DNA of 64,000 nucleotides from Gammaproteobacteria bacterium (GTDB lineage Bacteria > Pseudomonadota > Gammaproteobacteria > CBDBNL01 > JAAOII01), in contig OZ242372.1 in NCBI GenBank assembly GCA_965209035.1, positions 1,408,001 through 1,472,000 of the forward strand. Direction: 5' to 3'. The position numbers and the translations under genes are program-made. Position 1 is the first letter of the stretch. Every line of letters starts with the position of its first letter. Shown here in pieces: positions 39,841-50,556 of this stretch. Below the pieces are notes generated by a model, which saw only the letters and a program-made list of their open reading frames with translations, ran no database searches and was not told where the DNA came from.

Positions 39841-42654
39841 ATGACAACGGAACAAACCGGGATAAAACTCCATCCGCGTTTACTTGAAGCCTTGCGGGAA
39901 GATATTCCAAACCCGCCCGCCGTGTTGTTGCCGAGTGGCAGAATGATTCGTCAAATACGGGAAATGTGCGGCGAGCGGTTTGGGATCTGTCCGGAGCCGC
40001 CTCTGTTTGTTGGGGCGGATTGGGTGACAGAACAGGCCCGCCCGTTACTCTACCGGCAGGGCAAGACCTTTCTGGCGGATGACCGGGCGTTTTGGATTTG
40101 GGAAGAGGCGCTTGTCGGCTTACCGCAAGGGACACGCAACATGATCGCACCGGAATTTTTTATTGAGGACGAGGCGCGCACGCGTCTCATTCAACGGGCC
40201 GCGCATGCCCGGCACAGTTTGCATCAACATTGTGCGGAGTTGAGTGCCGATCATTTTTCTTCTGCCGAATCGCGGATGGGCGAATTCTTTTATCGTTGGG
40301 CAAGCGCTTATTTGGAGATCTGTCGTCAAAGAAAGTTGGCGGACAGTGCGGACGTCGAGCGGATATTGAAAGACGCGCTGTCGCGCGGCGCGACGCGCTT
40401 GCCGCCCTCTCTTTGGGTGGGCTTCACCTTGCCCTTGCCGTCCCTGCGGGTTCTTTATGAATTAATTGGCAAGGCCGGCGGCAAATGCGAGAAACTGGAT
40501 AGCGCATTTGTATCGCCAAATCAGAGACGCACTGTCGGCGAGTACCCGAACGAGAAGGCTGAGTTATTCGGCACGGCACGGATGGTGGCAAAACTGCATG
40601 CCGAGATGCCGGATCGGCGCATCGGGGTGGTGATTCCCGACTTGGAAAACCAATGGCGGAGTGTGCGGCGGGTGTTTGCCGAGGCGATGCGACCGGAAAC
40701 TGCAGTCTCTTCCGCGGACCTTCCGTTTGATATTTCCTGGGGTGAGGCACACAACTCCTATCCGCTTGTCGGCGACCTCCTTGCCCTGTTAGAAACCGAT
40801 GATGCTCTTCGCCCGTTGGAAAGTTTCTTGCATTTGTTTGTATCGCCTTACTTGCGAGGCCATGCGGCGGAGCGAGTTGGCCGCAGCCGTTTGAAAGATC
40901 GCCTGCTGAACCTGAGCGAAAGTCATCGTTATTTTAGATTGTCCCGGTTGGCGAAAAAGACGGATAGCGATTCCCGGCAGGCGAGCTCGCTTGCCAACTG
41001 CAAGTTGTTGTGCGGTGTCTTGCGAAGCTATCTTGCCGTCCCGCATGCCTTCGCGGAGAGTGCGTCACCGGCGGCCTGGGCGGAGATTTTTATGAAACAG
41101 ACACGCGCCCTGGGCTGGGGAGCGGAGGTGAAATGGAGTTCGCGCGAGGTTCAGGTTTGGGACAAGTGGCTGCGGGTTATGGATAACCTCTATGCGGCCG
41201 GGTCGGTCAGGGAAGTCTGCTCGCGACGCGATGCCTTGCTGTTTTTGCGCCGCCAAACGGACGAGGTGTTTCAGCCGCGCTTACGCTCCTCGGCGCGGGT
41301 GCATCTGCTGAGCATCAATTCCGCCCGCGGTCTGGGTTTTGATGATTTGTTTCTTTGCCGTATGCACGAGCATGCTCTGGCACGGCCGCAGCCGAACTTT
41401 TTTGTTCCTTACAAACTGGCGCGTGTCCTGGGTATGCCCTGGGCGAGCCGCGAACACCGACAACGGGCGGATGAAGATCTGCTACGACAACTCGGTTATG
41501 CGGAAGACATTCGCATCAGTTATGCGGCAACCGCGGACGGCGAGGAGAAGAGCATTCATCCGCTGCTGCTGCCGGCAGGAACCGAGATCGCTCGCCGGGA
41601 AAACGAGTGGCACGGCACATATGCGCCGCAGGATTTTGAAGAATTGGAGGATATCTGCGCGCCCCCGGTGCATCACGAGAAGGAACTCAAAGGCGGATTG
41701 ATTGCGTTGGTAAAAGAGCAGGCGGCATGTCCCTTTCGGGCATTTGCTATGGTGCGACTGGGTATTAAGACCCCGCCGTCTTTGGTGCGTTGGGTCACGC
41801 CGCAACAGCGCGGGAGTTTGCTGCACGCCCTGCTGCGCAATATTTGGGAAGATCTTGCCGACTTGAAAACACTGCGCGAGATTACGGACGAAGAACTGTC
41901 GGCGCGTATTGACAAGTCCGCGACCGCTTTGCTAATAAAGAGCACGCGAAGACTGGTCTTTTTACGCGACGAGATGATTCGCACCGCGGAGAAAAGATTT
42001 TTGACCGAGATGGCGGAGATGCTTTTGTTGTGGGAAAAACACGAACGCAGCAAGGGCTTTGATGTGGATCTGCTGGAAGAAAAAACATCCGCGGGCGTGC
42101 GGGAGCTTCCGCCCTTGGCAACCTTGGTATCCGATGCCGAGGGCGGAAGTCGGTTTGAACTGCGAGTTGACAGAATGGATGTTTTTGAAAAAGGCAAACT
42201 GTTGATTGATTACAAGACATCGCGCAATATTTCTTCCGCCAATTTGAGAGGAGCAAGGCCGCGCGAACCGCAGTTAATTATCTATTCTTTGGCACTCAAA
42301 GACATTAAAGGATTTGGTTTTGTGTCTTTTTCGCTGCGCGAGGGAGTCAAAACCGACGGCTATGCGATGTTTGATAACGAACTGTTTCCTGTGTCGCCGA
42401 CCAAAGACGCCGGACAGTCGCCGCACATTCGGTTGCCCAAAAAGACCTGCCTGATTTCCCCGGCGGAATTGGAAAAGATGCAATTGGCGGTGAAGAATCT
42501 TCTTGCCGAACATCTGCGGGGACAGGCGGCCGTGGATCCGCGCGAGGCGGCCGACTGCCGTTATTGCGGTTATGCGTCCTTGTGTCGTATCGGCGAGAGC
42601 GCGAAAATTATGAATGACGGTATGGAAGCCCCGGCTAATTCCCCGGCCAACTAA
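39841..42654 (+). CDS. AddB/RexB-like PD-(D/E)XK nuclease with 4Fe-4S staple
   Basis: QAACPFRAF, RGSLLH, LRVDRMD, IDYKT, QL..Y, CRYCGYASLCR. Confidence 0.85.
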   Translation: MTTEQTGIKLHPRLLEALREDIPNPPAVLLPSGRMIRQIREMCGERFGICPEPPLFVGADWVTEQARPLLYRQGKTFLADDRAFWIWEEALVGLPQGTRNMIAPEFFIEDEARTRLIQRAAHARHSLHQHCAELSADHFSSAESRMGEFFYRWASAYLEICRQRKLADSADVERILKDALSRGATRLPPSLWVGFTLPLPSLRVLYELIGKAGGKCEKLDSAFVSPNQRRTVGEYPNEKAELFGTARMVAKLHAEMPDRRIGVVIPDLENQWRSVRRVFAEAMRPETAVSSADLPFDISWGEAHNSYPLVGDLLALLETDDALRPLESFLHLFVSPYLRGHAAERVGRSRLKDRLLNLSESHRYFRLSRLAKKTDSDSRQASSLANCKLLCGVLRSYLAVPHAFAESASPAAWAEIFMKQTRALGWGAEVKWSSREVQVWDKWLRVMDNLYAAGSVREVCSRRDALLFLRRQTDEVFQPRLRSSARVHLLSINSARGLGFDDLFLCRMHEHALARPQPNFFVPYKLARVLGMPWASREHRQRADEDLLRQLGYAEDIRISYAATADGEEKSIHPLLLPAGTEIARRENEWHGTYAPQDFEELEDICAPPVHHEKELKGGLIALVKEQAACPFRAFAMVRLGIKTPPSLVRWVTPQQRGSLLHALLRNIWEDLADLKTLREITDEELSARIDKSATALLIKSTRRLVFLRDEMIRTAEKRFLTEMAEMLLLWEKHERSKGFDVDLLEEKTSAGVRELPPLATLVSDAEGGSRFELRVDRMDVFEKGKLLIDYKTSRNISSANLRGARPREPQLIIYSLALKDIKGFGFVSFSLREGVKTDGYAMFDNELFPVSPTKDAGQSPHIRLPKKTCLISPAELEKMQLAVKNLLAEHLRGQAAVDPREAADCRYCGYASLCRIGESAKIMNDGMEAPANSPAN

Positions 42655-42708
42655 AGACGATTAAACCCGCTATTTAATTTTAATTTCATTTAGTTTCATA
42701 CCACTTTA

Positions 42709-43950
42709 ATGTTTCGTCCCCTGTCCTTGTTTATCGGCTTGCGCTATATGCGCGCGAAAAAGCGCAATCATTTTATTTCGTTTATTTCCGTGTTCGCTAT
42801 TCTCGGTTTGTTGATCGGCACCTCCGTTCTCATTTTGGTTCTGTCCGTGATGAACGGGTTTAATCGCGAAATCAATCAGCGCATTCTCGGTGCCGTGCCG
42901 CACATTATTTTGCATGCCAGAACGCCGCTTAAGGACTGGCAAACAGCGGCCCGGTCCGTAGAATTCCTGCCGGGTGTGGAGGAGGTCGCCCCTTTTCTGA
43001 GAATGCAAGGGATGTTAACCTCGGGCGGTCGCTCGGCGGCGGTTCTGGTGATGGGTGTGGATCCGCCGTTTGAAGAAAAGGTGTCTATTGTGGATGACTT
43101 TATGACCCAAGGCGAGTTGGGGAACTTGCAACCGGGCGAGTTCGGCGCGGTCTTGGGAAACTTGATCGCCGCCCGGCTGCGCGTTTTTGAGGGCGAAGAT
43201 GTCACCTTGTTCATTCCCCAAAGCACCGCAACCCCGCTCGGCAGTGTTCCGCGGCTGCGCCGGTTTACCGTGCGCGGTGTGTATAACCTGGGTTCCGAAA
43301 TAGACAATACTCTGATTTTGGTGCATCTTGCCGATGCGGCATCTCTGTCAAGATTGAACGGCGAGGCGAGCGGTCTGCGCATTAAACTAAAAGATGTGTT
43401 TGACGCGCCGCGGATGAGCGACTTCTTGCGTCTCAATTACGGCGAAGATTTTTGGGTCGAGGATTGGACCCGAACTTACGGTAACCTGTTTGCCTCTATT
43501 CGGTTGGAAAAGCGATTGGTCGGGCTGCTCTTGTTTTTGATCATCGCAGTGGCGTCTTTTAATATTGTTTCCACTCTGGTGATGTTGGTCACCGACAAGG
43601 AGCGGGACATTGCGATCTTACGCACTATGGGGGCGGGTAGTTCCACCATCCTGGCAATTTTTGTGATCAACGGGGCTCTTTCCGGATTGATTGGCACGCT
43701 GGGCGGTGTTCTGCTGGGGATCATTCTTGCGCTCAATGTTGAATCGTTGGTGATGTTTATAGAGGAAGTTTTCGGCGTGGATTTTCTGAGCGCGGAAACT
43801 TACTTCATAGATTATCTGCCGTCTCAGTTACTCTGGAGTGATGTGTTGACGGTTGCCGGGGCGACATTTTGCTTGAGTTTGCTGGCGAGTATCTATCCGG
43901 CTCTGCGCGCCTCCTACATTCGTCCGGCCGAAGCCCTGCGCTATGAATAA
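42709..43950 (+). CDS. lolC: Lipoprotein-releasing ABC transporter permease LolC/E
   Basis: FIGLRY.RAK..NHFISF, SVMNGF, IAILRTMGA, PAEALRYE. Confidence 0.9.
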   Translation: MFRPLSLFIGLRYMRAKKRNHFISFISVFAILGLLIGTSVLILVLSVMNGFNREINQRILGAVPHIILHARTPLKDWQTAARSVEFLPGVEEVAPFLRMQGMLTSGGRSAAVLVMGVDPPFEEKVSIVDDFMTQGELGNLQPGEFGAVLGNLIAARLRVFEGEDVTLFIPQSTATPLGSVPRLRRFTVRGVYNLGSEIDNTLILVHLADAASLSRLNGEASGLRIKLKDVFDAPRMSDFLRLNYGEDFWVEDWTRTYGNLFASIRLEKRLVGLLLFLIIAVASFNIVSTLVMLVTDKERDIAILRTMGAGSSTILAIFVINGALSGLIGTLGGVLLGIILALNVESLVMFIEEVFGVDFLSAETYFIDYLPSQLLWSDVLTVAGATFCLSLLASIYPALRASYIRPAEALRYE

Positions 43951-44788
43951 AAAGAATAAAAAAGACCGGGCAATAGAGAGTGAGGCGAAAGAGAGCGAGG
44001 CACTTTCCGTCCCCGTTCTTGCCTGTCGGCATCTGTGCAAGACCTTTCGTCTGCCCGGTGCGGGGGGCGGCTCAAAAACAAACGCGATTAATGTTTTGGA
44101 TGGGGTGGATTTTGAGCTGCCCGCCGGCCGCAGTGCGGCAATTACGGGTGTGTCCGGGGCGGGGAAGACAACTCTGCTGAGCATTCTCGGCGGCCTGGAA
44201 AAACCGGATGCGGGCGAGGTGTTTGTGAGCGGAACCAATCTGACAAAACTTAATGCGAATCAACTGGCAAGATTGCGCAACGGCAAGATAGGGTTTGTGT
44301 ATCAGTTTCATCATTTGTTGGCGGAGTTTACCGCTCTTGAAAATGTGGCTATGCCGTTGCTGTTGCGCGGCCTGCGCCCTTCGGCCGCCGGCAAAGAAGC
44401 CCTGCATATGTTGGATCTGGTCGGCCTGTCCGCCCGTGCCGATCACAAGCCGGCGGAATTGTCCGGCGGCGAGCGACAACGAGTGGCGGTGGCGCGCGCC
44501 CTTGCGGGTAAACCGATTTGTGTGATGTTGGACGAGCCGAGCGGGAACCTGGATACCCGCACGGCGACGGAGATGCACGAATTGTTGGTGCGTCTGAATC
44601 GGGAGTTGGGTGTGGCGATGCTCACAGTGACCCATAACACCGGGTTGGCAGCTATGATGAAGGAACAATATGTGCTGCAAAACGGGAATCTCTTGCGGGT
44701 GCGGCGCAAACAGAAGCAACGGCCGGAACCAAAAACAAAAACCGGCACTGTGTCAAAGATTTTGCGGAGACCTCAAAAAGATAACTAG
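43943..44788 (+). CDS. lolD: Lipoprotein-releasing ABC transporter ATPase
   Basis: GVSGAGKTT, GFVYQFHHLLAEFTALENV, LSGGERQR, DEPSGNLD. Confidence 0.93.
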   Translation: MNKKNKKDRAIESEAKESEALSVPVLACRHLCKTFRLPGAGGGSKTNAINVLDGVDFELPAGRSAAITGVSGAGKTTLLSILGGLEKPDAGEVFVSGTNLTKLNANQLARLRNGKIGFVYQFHHLLAEFTALENVAMPLLLRGLRPSAAGKEALHMLDLVGLSARADHKPAELSGGERQRVAVARALAGKPICVMLDEPSGNLDTRTATEMHELLVRLNRELGVAMLTVTHNTGLAAMMKEQYVLQNGNLLRVRRKQKQRPEPKTKTGTVSKILRRPQKDN

Positions 44789-44851
44789 TCTTTTGGGCTT
44801 TCCATATAATGAGAGAAAATTAACTGTCTAAAAATATTTCTGATAACAAAA

Positions 44852-45856
44852 ATGACAAAAATAGCAATTAACGGCTTTGGCCGTATAGGAAGAATGGTTT
44901 GCAGAGCCTGGTTGGAATCTGCTCATAAAAACACACTGCAATTGGTCGCCATTAATGATTTGGTGAGTGCCGAGACATGTGCGCATCTCTTAAAGTATGA
45001 TTCCGTTCACGGTAAGTTGGATATGGATGTGCGTGCGGACGGAGACGGTATTGTGATGGGAGGCACTCGCGTTCAATTGGTTTCCGTGCCTAACCCGAAG
45101 GATTTGCCCTGGAAAGAAGTCGGGGCGGACCTGGTGTTGGAATGCAGCGGTCGGTTCACCACGCGCGCATCGGCCGGCGCGCATCTGGAGGCGGGCGCAC
45201 AGCGTGTGATTATCTCGGCACCGGCAACAGACCCGGACATCACGGTGGTGTTGGGGGTCAATCATAAAAAAATTACAGCCGAACACAAGGTGATTTCCAA
45301 CGCTTCTTGCACCACAAATTGTCTGGCGCCTTTTGTCAAGGTGTTGCAAGCGGAATTGGGGATTAACAAAGGCTATATGACGACGGTGCATTCTTATACG
45401 GGAGATCAGGTGACCGTGGATACGGGGCACAAGGATTTGCGCCGTGCCAGAGCGGCCGCGTTGAATATGATCCCAACTTCTACCGGGGCGGCCAAGGCGG
45501 TTGGGTTGGTATTGCCGGAATTGAAGGGGCTGTTGGATGGCTGTGCGGTGCGTGTGCCGACGGCAAATGTTTCCATGGTGGACCTGACTTTTGAGGCGGC
45601 GCGCAAAACCGATGCGGATGAGATCAACGGGATGATGAAGTCGGCAGCTGCCGGCGAGCTAAAGGGCATTTTGGCGGTGAATGAGGAGCCTTTGGTGTCT
45701 CAGGATTTTTGCCACAATCCGTATTCTTCGATCTTTGATGCCACCCAAACCCGGGTTGTCGGCGGCAATTTTGTGCGCGTTCTTTCCTGGTATGACAACG
45801 AATGGGGTTTTTCCAATCGGATGGTGGAACTGGCGGCGTTTCTGGCGAAGTCTTAG
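44852..45856 (+). CDS. gap: Glyceraldehyde-3-phosphate dehydrogenase type I
   Basis: AINGFGRIGR, SNASCTTNCL, TGAAKAVG, WYDNEWG. Confidence 0.97.
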   Translation: MTKIAINGFGRIGRMVCRAWLESAHKNTLQLVAINDLVSAETCAHLLKYDSVHGKLDMDVRADGDGIVMGGTRVQLVSVPNPKDLPWKEVGADLVLECSGRFTTRASAGAHLEAGAQRVIISAPATDPDITVVLGVNHKKITAEHKVISNASCTTNCLAPFVKVLQAELGINKGYMTTVHSYTGDQVTVDTGHKDLRRARAAALNMIPTSTGAAKAVGLVLPELKGLLDGCAVRVPTANVSMVDLTFEAARKTDADEINGMMKSAAAGELKGILAVNEEPLVSQDFCHNPYSSIFDATQTRVVGGNFVRVLSWYDNEWGFSNRMVELAAFLAKS

Positions 45857-45915
45857 TTTGTCTTAATCCTGTTGCATCGCTCATTTGTTAAACGAACGGT
45901 AAACTAGCGGAACCG

Positions 45916-47340
45916 ATGGATCGCCAGGCCAAGATTATTGCCACTTTGGGGCCTGCGACCGACAGCAAGACCGGCATCGTCTCCTTGCTAAAGGCGGGAG
46001 CGGATGTGGTGCGGATCAACTGCTCGCACGGCGACGAAACGGACAGAGAAAGACGGATTGAGATGGTGCGCGCGGCCGCCGCCGATTTGAAACGGCATGT
46101 GGCGGTGATGCTGGATTTGCAAGGTCCCAAGATTCGCATCGGTCATTTCAAAGAAGGGAAAGTGATGTTGCATCGGGGTGCCTCCTTTGTTTTGGATGTA
46201 TCCAAACGCTCGGCGGGCGACCAAGAATCGGTCGGTGTTTTCCACAAGAACTTGCCGAAAGACTGTCGCCCGCAAGATATCCTGCTGCTGGATGACGGGC
46301 GTCTCACCATGCGGGTGCAAAGCGTTAAAGGAACACGCCTTTACTGCAAGGTGATGAACGGCGGCATGCTTTACAGTCGCAAGGGGCTTAACAAAAAGGG
46401 CGGCGGCTTGTCCGCGGGTGCACTGACATCCAAAGACAGATCGGATATTCGCTTTGCGGCAAAAATAAAAGCCGATTATGTGGCGGTGTCCTTTCCGCGG
46501 TCCGCCGAGGATATGAAGACGGCGACACGGCTGCTGCGGGCGGCGGGCAGCGATGCCGGTTTGATCGCCAAGATAGAAAGAGCCGAGGCGGTGATTAATT
46601 TTGATGTTCTGCGCTCCATTGTTCTGGCAAGTGCCGGTGCGATGTTTGCCCGCGGTGACCTGGGAGTGGAAATAGGCGAGACGGCTCTGATTGGCCTTCA
46701 AAAAGATATGATCGCCTTGTGTCGCACTCACGACCGGTTTGTTATCACGGCAACGCAAATGATGGAGACGATGATTGAAAATCCGCTGCCGACTCGCGCC
46801 GAGGTGTTTGATGTTGCCAATGCCGTTTTGGACGGCACGGATGCGGTGATGTTGTCGGCGGAGACGGCAACCGGTCGCCATCCGGACCTGGTGGTGAAGA
46901 CCATGGCGCGCATTTGCCACAGTGCCGGCGGCTATCGCGGCGGTTTTTTTAGTCGCAAACTGCAAGTGCCGGACAAGATCACGGACATCCATCGCGGCAT
47001 TGCCATCGCGGCCGTGCGAGCGGCGCATCGGGTTGAGGGGGTGCGGGCGATGGTCAGTTTGACCGAAAGCGGCAGTACGCCCTTGCTGATGTCCCGTGTT
47101 AGTACGGATATCCCTATTTACGCGCTGAGCCGCCACGAAAAGACCCTGCGGCGAATGGCGATTTATCGCGATGTGGTTCCGGTCTTTTTTGAGCAGCCGC
47201 AAAAGAATGTGGATCAAGCGGTTCTTATTTTCTTAAAAAAGAATAAACTAATCAAAAAAGGTGATAGAATAGTATTTACTTTTGGAGATCAGTGGTTGAC
47301 ACGCGGCTCCACCAACACGCTTCGGATCTTACAAGCATGA
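45916..47340 (+). CDS. pyk: Pyruvate kinase
   Basis: KIIATLGPA, DLQGPKIR, AKIE, ARGDLG, ATQMME, DAVMLSAE. Confidence 0.96.
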   Translation: MDRQAKIIATLGPATDSKTGIVSLLKAGADVVRINCSHGDETDRERRIEMVRAAAADLKRHVAVMLDLQGPKIRIGHFKEGKVMLHRGASFVLDVSKRSAGDQESVGVFHKNLPKDCRPQDILLLDDGRLTMRVQSVKGTRLYCKVMNGGMLYSRKGLNKKGGGLSAGALTSKDRSDIRFAAKIKADYVAVSFPRSAEDMKTATRLLRAAGSDAGLIAKIERAEAVINFDVLRSIVLASAGAMFARGDLGVEIGETALIGLQKDMIALCRTHDRFVITATQMMETMIENPLPTRAEVFDVANAVLDGTDAVMLSAETATGRHPDLVVKTMARICHSAGGYRGGFFSRKLQVPDKITDIHRGIAIAAVRAAHRVEGVRAMVSLTESGSTPLLMSRVSTDIPIYALSRHEKTLRRMAIYRDVVPVFFEQPQKNVDQAVLIFLKKNKLIKKGDRIVFTFGDQWLTRGSTNTLRILQA

Positions 47341-47373
47341 AGCAGGATTAATTAAAAGAAAAAAAATAAAATT

Positions 47374-48291
47374 ATGGACGGACATATATTTGTTCAGCAA
47401 TTAATTAACGGTTTGATTTTGGGTTCCGTTTACGGTCTCATCGCCGTCGGCTATACGATGGTTTACGGCATTATCGGTATGATTAACTTTGCTCACGGCG
47501 ATGTTTATATGATTAGCGCATACCTTGCCGCAATCGGCATTGCCATCCTTGCCTTCTTTGGGATCACTTGGGTGCCTTTGGTCATTCTGTTGGCGTTGGC
47601 TTTTACGGTGCTGGTAACTTCCGTATATGGCTGGACGATTGAGCGACTTGCGTATCGCCCCTTACGCCAATCCACCCGGTTGGCGCCGTTGATTTCCGCC
47701 ATCGGTATGTCGCTGTTTTTGCAAGATTTTGCGCGCGTCAGCCAGGGTGCGCGCGATCAGGGGGTGCCGAGCATGATTGAAGGTGCCGTGCGCATCGGCG
47801 ACAAGAACGATTTTGTGCAGATGACTTATGTGCAGATATTCATTGTCGTTGCGGCGTTTACCGGGATGTTTTTTCTGCACCGCCTGATTAACAAAACTTC
47901 TTTGGGACGGCAGTGTCGCGCCACCCAACAGGACAGGATGATGGCGGAAGTTTTGGGAATTAACACCGACAGAATTATTTCGCTTGTTTTTGTGATGGGT
48001 GCGGCCATGGCGGCCCTTGCCGGTCTGCTGGTCACCTTAAATTACGGGACATTTAATTTTCATATCGGATTTGTGACCGGAATTAAAGCATTTACGGCGG
48101 CTGTGCTGGGCGGGATAGGCTCCTTGCCGGGTGCGATCCTTGGCGGAATTGTGCTGGGGATGTCGGAGTCGTTGTTTTCCGGTCTGATTAATACGGATTA
48201 CAAGGATGTGTTTGCGTTCTTTTTGTTGGTTTTAATCTTGATTTTTAGACCAAGCGGTCTGCTCGGCAAGCCCGAAGTGGAAAAGGTATAG
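47374..48291 (+). CDS. livH: Branched-chain amino acid ABC transporter permease
   Basis: QQLINGL..GS.YGLIA.GYTMVYGI, INFAHG, KAFTAAVLGGIG. Confidence 0.94.
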   Translation: MDGHIFVQQLINGLILGSVYGLIAVGYTMVYGIIGMINFAHGDVYMISAYLAAIGIAILAFFGITWVPLVILLALAFTVLVTSVYGWTIERLAYRPLRQSTRLAPLISAIGMSLFLQDFARVSQGARDQGVPSMIEGAVRIGDKNDFVQMTYVQIFIVVAAFTGMFFLHRLINKTSLGRQCRATQQDRMMAEVLGINTDRIISLVFVMGAAMAALAGLLVTLNYGTFNFHIGFVTGIKAFTAAVLGGIGSLPGAILGGIVLGMSESLFSGLINTDYKDVFAFFLLVLILIFRPSGLLGKPEVEKV

Positions 48292-48321
48292 GCGCCTGTT
48301 TTTTTGGAACCGGAAACTGAC

Positions 48322-49677
48322 ATGCAAAAAACACACAACATACACAACACAGGCGACCGGCAGTTTCAAATGATACCCGCGCTGCGGCGTGCGTTGCCCG
48401 ATGCTTTTCTCGCCGGTATGATTGCCATCGTTCTCTTTGGTCCCATTATTGGTCTCGTGTTGGACGGCTACGGCTTGCGTAACAACTTGCCGTTCGCTTT
48501 TGGGATCGCCGGTCTGGTGACCGTGGGCCGATTTTTCTCTTCGTTGTTCTTTCAAACCTCAACGGGAGAGGCCGTTCTGGCAAAATTTGCCGCCGGCAGA
48601 AAAGTTCGGGTAACGGTAGCCGGGGACGAGAAGGCATCCCGCGGGAAGGTGTTTCTTGCCCTGTTTGTGATTTTCGCCTTGGCGTATCCGGTGTTAGCGC
48701 ATCTGGCGCCGGATGCCTTGGGGATTTTTGGCGGTCGGTACGGACTGACCATTGTCATTTTGGCATTAATTTATGTGTTACTCGGTATGGGACTGAATGT
48801 GGTAGTGGGGCTTGCCGGTCTTTTGGATCTGGGTTATGTGGCGTTTTACGCCATAGGCGCCTATTCGTTGACGATCGGCTATGCGGAGTTGGGTTTGGGA
48901 TTTTGGAGTGTTTTGATTATCAGTCCTATTTTGGCCGCCTGTTGGGGGGCGGTGCTGGGCTTTCCCGTTTTGCGTATGCATGGCGATTACCTTGCCATAG
49001 TCACTTTGGGCTTTGGCGAAATTATTCGTCTTGTATTAAACAACTGGATTTCTTTTACCGGCGGGCCGAACGGTATGACCGCGCCGGATGTGACTTTTTT
49101 CAATATTCTTTCGTTTTCGCGCAACGGGTTGGGCGGCTTGCCGCCGTTCCACGAGTTTTTTGGCTTGGAATACAGCAGTATGTACAAGTATATGTTCATT
49201 TATTGGCTGCTGCTGTTTGTGGTTGTCTTGTCTTTTTATATTAAGCAGCGTCTGATTCGCATGCCCGTGGGTCGGGCCTGGGAGGCACTGCGCGAAGACG
49301 AGATCGCTTGTCGTTCGCTCGGGCTTAACCATGTGTTGGTAAAATTGTCCGCGTTTATGATCGGCGCCAGTGTCGGCGGGATTGCCGGCGTATTTTTTGC
49401 CGCTTATCAAAAGTTTGTTAATCCGTCTTCGTTCACTTTTTTTGAATCGGCATTGATCGTTGCCATAGTCGTTCTCGGCGGGCTCGGCTCCACCGTGGGC
49501 GTGGTGATTGCCGCTTTCATCCTGACAATCCTTCCCGAGGTTCTGCGCGAGTTTGCCAATTATCGTGTCATGCTATTCGGCATTTTGACAGTCTTAATGA
49601 TGATCTGGCGGCCGCGCGGTTTTATCACTCCCGTTCGGTTGAAATATCCGAGAATTAAAATCAAGGATGCCGGCTGA
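48322..49677 (+). CDS. livM: Branched-chain amino acid ABC transporter permease
   Basis: GLNVVVGLAGLLDLGYVAFY, GDYLAIVTLGFGEI, GRAWEALREDE; start may be TTG 48304. Confidence 0.93.
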   Translation: MQKTHNIHNTGDRQFQMIPALRRALPDAFLAGMIAIVLFGPIIGLVLDGYGLRNNLPFAFGIAGLVTVGRFFSSLFFQTSTGEAVLAKFAAGRKVRVTVAGDEKASRGKVFLALFVIFALAYPVLAHLAPDALGIFGGRYGLTIVILALIYVLLGMGLNVVVGLAGLLDLGYVAFYAIGAYSLTIGYAELGLGFWSVLIISPILAACWGAVLGFPVLRMHGDYLAIVTLGFGEIIRLVLNNWISFTGGPNGMTAPDVTFFNILSFSRNGLGGLPPFHEFFGLEYSSMYKYMFIYWLLLFVVVLSFYIKQRLIRMPVGRAWEALREDEIACRSLGLNHVLVKLSAFMIGASVGGIAGVFFAAYQKFVNPSSFTFFESALIVAIVVLGGLGSTVGVVIAAFILTILPEVLREFANYRVMLFGILTVLMMIWRPRGFITPVRLKYPRIKIKDAG

Positions 49678-50536
49678 GTCGCCTCTTTTGCGGGTGAGTA
49701 ACCTGGGGATGAAGTTTGGCGGTTTGACTGCGTTGAAGTCCGTTAACTTTGAGGTCGCCAAGGACAGTATCACCGCTCTCATAGGTCCGAACGGCGCCGG
49801 CAAGACAACGGTGTTTAATTGTTTAACCGGCTTCTATCGTGCCACTCGCGGTAGTAATGTTTTTTTGTCTTTTGAAGGCGAACGGGTCGACCTGATGGAA
49901 ATACTGGGCAAGGACTTTGCCCTTGGCGATCTGGTCAATCCGATTTCTTTTTTTAGGATTCTTTTTTATAAGATGTTTGGTGGCACCCATCAAGTGAATC
50001 GCGCCGGGCTGGCGCGCACCTTCCAAAACACGCGGCTGTTTAAGGAAATGACGGCGGCTGAAAATCTTTTGGTGGCACAGCATATGCGGTTGGACCGAAA
50101 CTTGCTAAAAGGTATTCTGAATACCGATTCCTATCGCAAGTCTTTGGAAAATGCCAAAGAAGTGGCGTACGGATGGTTGGATTTTCTCGAACTCGGCGAC
50201 ATTGGCGATCGCCTGGCGGGCGAATTGCCTTACGGGATGCAAAAGCGGCTTGAAATTGCCCGCGCACTTTGCACGGTCCCCCGTTTGTTGTGTTTGGATG
50301 AGCCGGCCGCCGGCTTAAATTCTTCGGAAACCTCGGACCTGAGTAAAATGATTAAAAAACTTCGGGACGAACACGGGGTGACCATACTCATCATTGAACA
50401 CGATATGTATATGGTGATGGAGATTTCCGATAAAATTGTGGTGCTGGATCACGGCGATGTTTTGTTTGCCGGTACACCGGACGAGGTTAAGAATAACCCG
50501 GATGTGATTGCCGCCTACTTGGGCGAGGAAGAATAA
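49667..50536 (+). CDS. livG: Branched-chain amino acid ABC transporter ATPase
   Basis: GPNGAGKTT, RTFQN, LPYG.QKRLEIARA, DEPAAG, AYLG. Confidence 0.93.
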   Translation: MPAESPLLRVSNLGMKFGGLTALKSVNFEVAKDSITALIGPNGAGKTTVFNCLTGFYRATRGSNVFLSFEGERVDLMEILGKDFALGDLVNPISFFRILFYKMFGGTHQVNRAGLARTFQNTRLFKEMTAAENLLVAQHMRLDRNLLKGILNTDSYRKSLENAKEVAYGWLDFLELGDIGDRLAGELPYGMQKRLEIARALCTVPRLLCLDEPAAGLNSSETSDLSKMIKKLRDEHGVTILIIEHDMYMVMEISDKIVVLDHGDVLFAGTPDEVKNNPDVIAAYLGEEE

Positions 50537-50556
50537 AGCACAAAGTACAAAGCATA

